From assembly GCA_030704615.1 (NCBI GenBank), contig CM060734.1:29574001-29638000 (forward strand): a DNA stretch of 64,000 nt, read 5' to 3'. The DNA comes from Takakia lepidozioides. Lineage: Eukaryota; Plantae; Bryophyta. The notes under the pieces were generated by a model. That model was not told where the DNA came from, did not search any database, and saw only the letters and a program-made list of their open reading frames with translations. Shown piece by piece: positions 61,700 through 64,000 of the stretch. Positions within the stretch are counted from its first letter, which is position 1; every line of letters starts with the position of its first letter. The translations under genes were made by a program, and so were the position numbers.

Positions 61700-62085
61700 T
61701 CCGCTCTGGCAGCTCTGTAAGCCCCGCACAATCCCATAGGTCGAGCTCTTCTAATGCAACAAATCGACTTGGCCAGCTTGCCTCAATTACCACACTTATT
61801 CAAGTTGAGAACTTGCAGTTTCTGAAGTTCCCCAATCTCCTCTAGCAACCACAAGCCCCTCGCGACCTCAAGTTCCTCAGACAGCTCCGTAAGCCACTCA
61901 CAATATCTTAGGTAGAGCTCCTCTAATTGTGAGGTGGCAGATCAACTCGGACAACTTCCCTAGCTTACCGCACGCTCTCAAGTCGAGCACTCGGAGTCTC
62001 TCAAGTTTCCCAATCCGCTCTGGCAGCTCCGTAAGCCCCTTACACAAAAGTAGATCGAGCTCTTCTAATTGTGTGAGGCATCAGA
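61700..62085. repeat. Three imperfect ~150-170 bp tandem units
   Basis: CAGCTC(T/C)GTAAGCC...GAGCTC..CTAAT recurs three times. Confidence 0.65.
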
Positions 62086-62701
62086 TCAAATGAGGCGGCA
62101 AATTGATTGTGGCAGTTTTTTCAAAGATGCGAGAACCCCCACGCACTCTGGTAGTTTGCGCATGTTCCGACTAGAACTTATGTCAAGAACACTAGCTCCT
62201 TGAGATACACAAAGGATTTTGGCAAATTTGCTAATCGAGTAAAAGCGTAGAAAGAGTGGTCTCAATCGACTGGAATGTTTCCAGTCAACAAATTCATTGT
62301 GGAGCCTGCCAATGACACGCCTTGCACAATGCTATCCACCTGCATGAAATTGGAACCAAGGTGAGAAATGATGCGCTTACGTATACTTGATTCATATTCT
62401 ATCCATCACTCATTCAAGCACCAAACTGATATACATAAATTTTAGCAAAACTGGCTATGGAGAATGATTCTTTCAATGCCTCGATGGCAAGAAATTAGAC
62501 AACAAACATATGATATCCACACAAAACAGCAGCGTTACTAGTATGGGAAAAAAAACGATTTCTACACTGTCTGATCCATCATCTGCTTAGCTCGAAGGGC
62601 CATTTCCCCCTTGTCCACCTCCCATAATCGGTCACCAAAAGGTAGGGAGTTCTCTCTTGAAATTTTCCGACCTATGTCCCGCAACTAATCATGCATCAGC
62701 A

Positions 62702-64000
62702 TTTTTTTACTTTTTATTTTATTTACGATAAAGGGGAGCGGAGGCCCTTTTAATCAAATTAAAAAAGAAGGTTCAACAATTGTGGAAAAAATAACCACTG
62801 GGGAGGCCGTGAGGCTTACTGCAGGGAGACATCCCCGAAACCTTAGCAGACAAGCTACTGAGCATTGTGAGGGAGCAATGTAGATTTCAGGATATATGGT
62901 GTAGAAAGAGAGGAGGTAGAGATGAATGAGGGGCTGCATGCTAACTGGTCTGCAAGGACCGAAGCCCTGACTTTAAGCAGGAGTGAATCAGCTGAGGAGA
63001 CTCTTGTCATGTCCAAAGTAGTGAAATGGAGTGACAATAAAGTAAGAAGAGCTAGAACTGCTGACTGAAGACAGCGAGGAGGAGCGCCTAGCGTGCATTG
63101 GAGGTGCAGCCTGCGTGGTCCGAGTTGTGGCTTCTGGTGCTGCTAGCTCCCATATTGAGCCCACGGTTCAGAACTTGAGCTGCGTTCTGGATTTGGTGTC
63201 TCGGGGCTTCTTGTGCCTCCAATTGAATTCTGCATCTTCACCCTCACCAGGGGACTTCCCATTGAGAGGGGATTGTGACTTTCCAGGTAAACCTTGTGTT
63301 GGGATAGCTGGTTCCGAGCATGTTGTTTTTACCCCAGGAGTGTTCGAAAGCTTGAAGCAGCTGCCTCCCGCGCTGTTCTGAAGTTCTGGGAAGAGCTGCA
63401 CATACATGTTCAAAGGCCTTCCTCCCCTCAGTTAGCAGGTCTTGATATATGCGAAACAAAACAGCTCTGCCACTGGGGTGCTTCCCCTCAAAAACCCAGG
63501 CACAACGCATCTTCCACAAATTCCACAAAGTGAGCGCTCTCAGAGAAGCCCAAACCGGGCAGCTACACTGAGACCTACCAGGGATGGAATTTAGAAGAAG
63601 AAGAAGAGGAGGTGGGGGGGATGGGAAAGATGTCCAATTGCAGTAGAAGGCAAGGGCCCTCTGCCAGACCCTGCTTGACAGACTACAATGGAGGAGCGAG
63701 TGTTCAATAGTCTCTGGTAGAGAGTTGCAGATAGGGCACAAAGGTAGATCTTCATGCGTTTTTAGTCTGACTGGCAGGATCCTGTGAGCCACTTTCCACA
63801 GAAAACCGGAGACCTTCGCTGGCCTGTCTTTCCTCCAGATGTCCTTCCAAATTTTCCCCCAGTCAGCTTGAGTGAATTGCATCTGACTCCATTTTGAGTT
63901 CCATTTGGTAAGGAAGGATCTGGGAGGACTAAGGAGGAGGTACCCTAGCTTCACCGAATAAGCAAAGAAGGGTGAATGTTTTTTATCCATCCATTTCCAT
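62702..64000 (-). mobile_element. 3' end of an L1/Tx1-type LINE (zf-RVT domain, 3' UTR, A-rich tail); continues beyond the window
   Basis: ORF 63244..63990: WGKIW...FLWKVAHRILPV...CPICNSLPETIEHSLLHC...VW...LWNLWKMRC. A-rich tail at 62702-62725. Confidence 0.9.

Overview
Eukaryotic, almost certainly land-plant nuclear DNA. It has spliced genes, a NAC factor, plastid KAS I and a PLS-type PPR fragment. The TE repertoire suggests a non-seed plant, but the species cannot be fixed from the sequence. The first ~42 kb is nested transposon sequence around a serpin pseudogene. Positions 43-56 kb hold ordinary genes (KASI, intronless PWP1, a truncated p24/GOLD gene, an intronless NAC). The last 8 kb is decayed repeats plus a LINE 3' end. 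The standout is two related, decayed Ty3/gypsy-type elements on the minus strand (1332-9865 and 28745-38935). Their combined polyprotein order is Gag(2 zinc knuckles)-protease-DNMT3-like C5 cytosine methyltransferase-RT-RNaseH-integrase-PHD finger. Neither has conventional terminal LTRs. The LTR (segments Y+X, marked by a PPT before Y and a primer site after X) is split at an internal palindrome, CATGACA-GC-TGTCATG, and the 4-bp target-site duplications flank those split ends. Copy 1 is X-internal-Y-X-Y, the product expected from a 2-LTR circle. Copy 2 is X-internal-Y, the product expected from a 1-LTR circle. The primer-binding site does not match a tRNA CCA end. It pairs instead with the loop of a hairpin inside the LTR, with compensatory changes between the copies, which points to self-priming.
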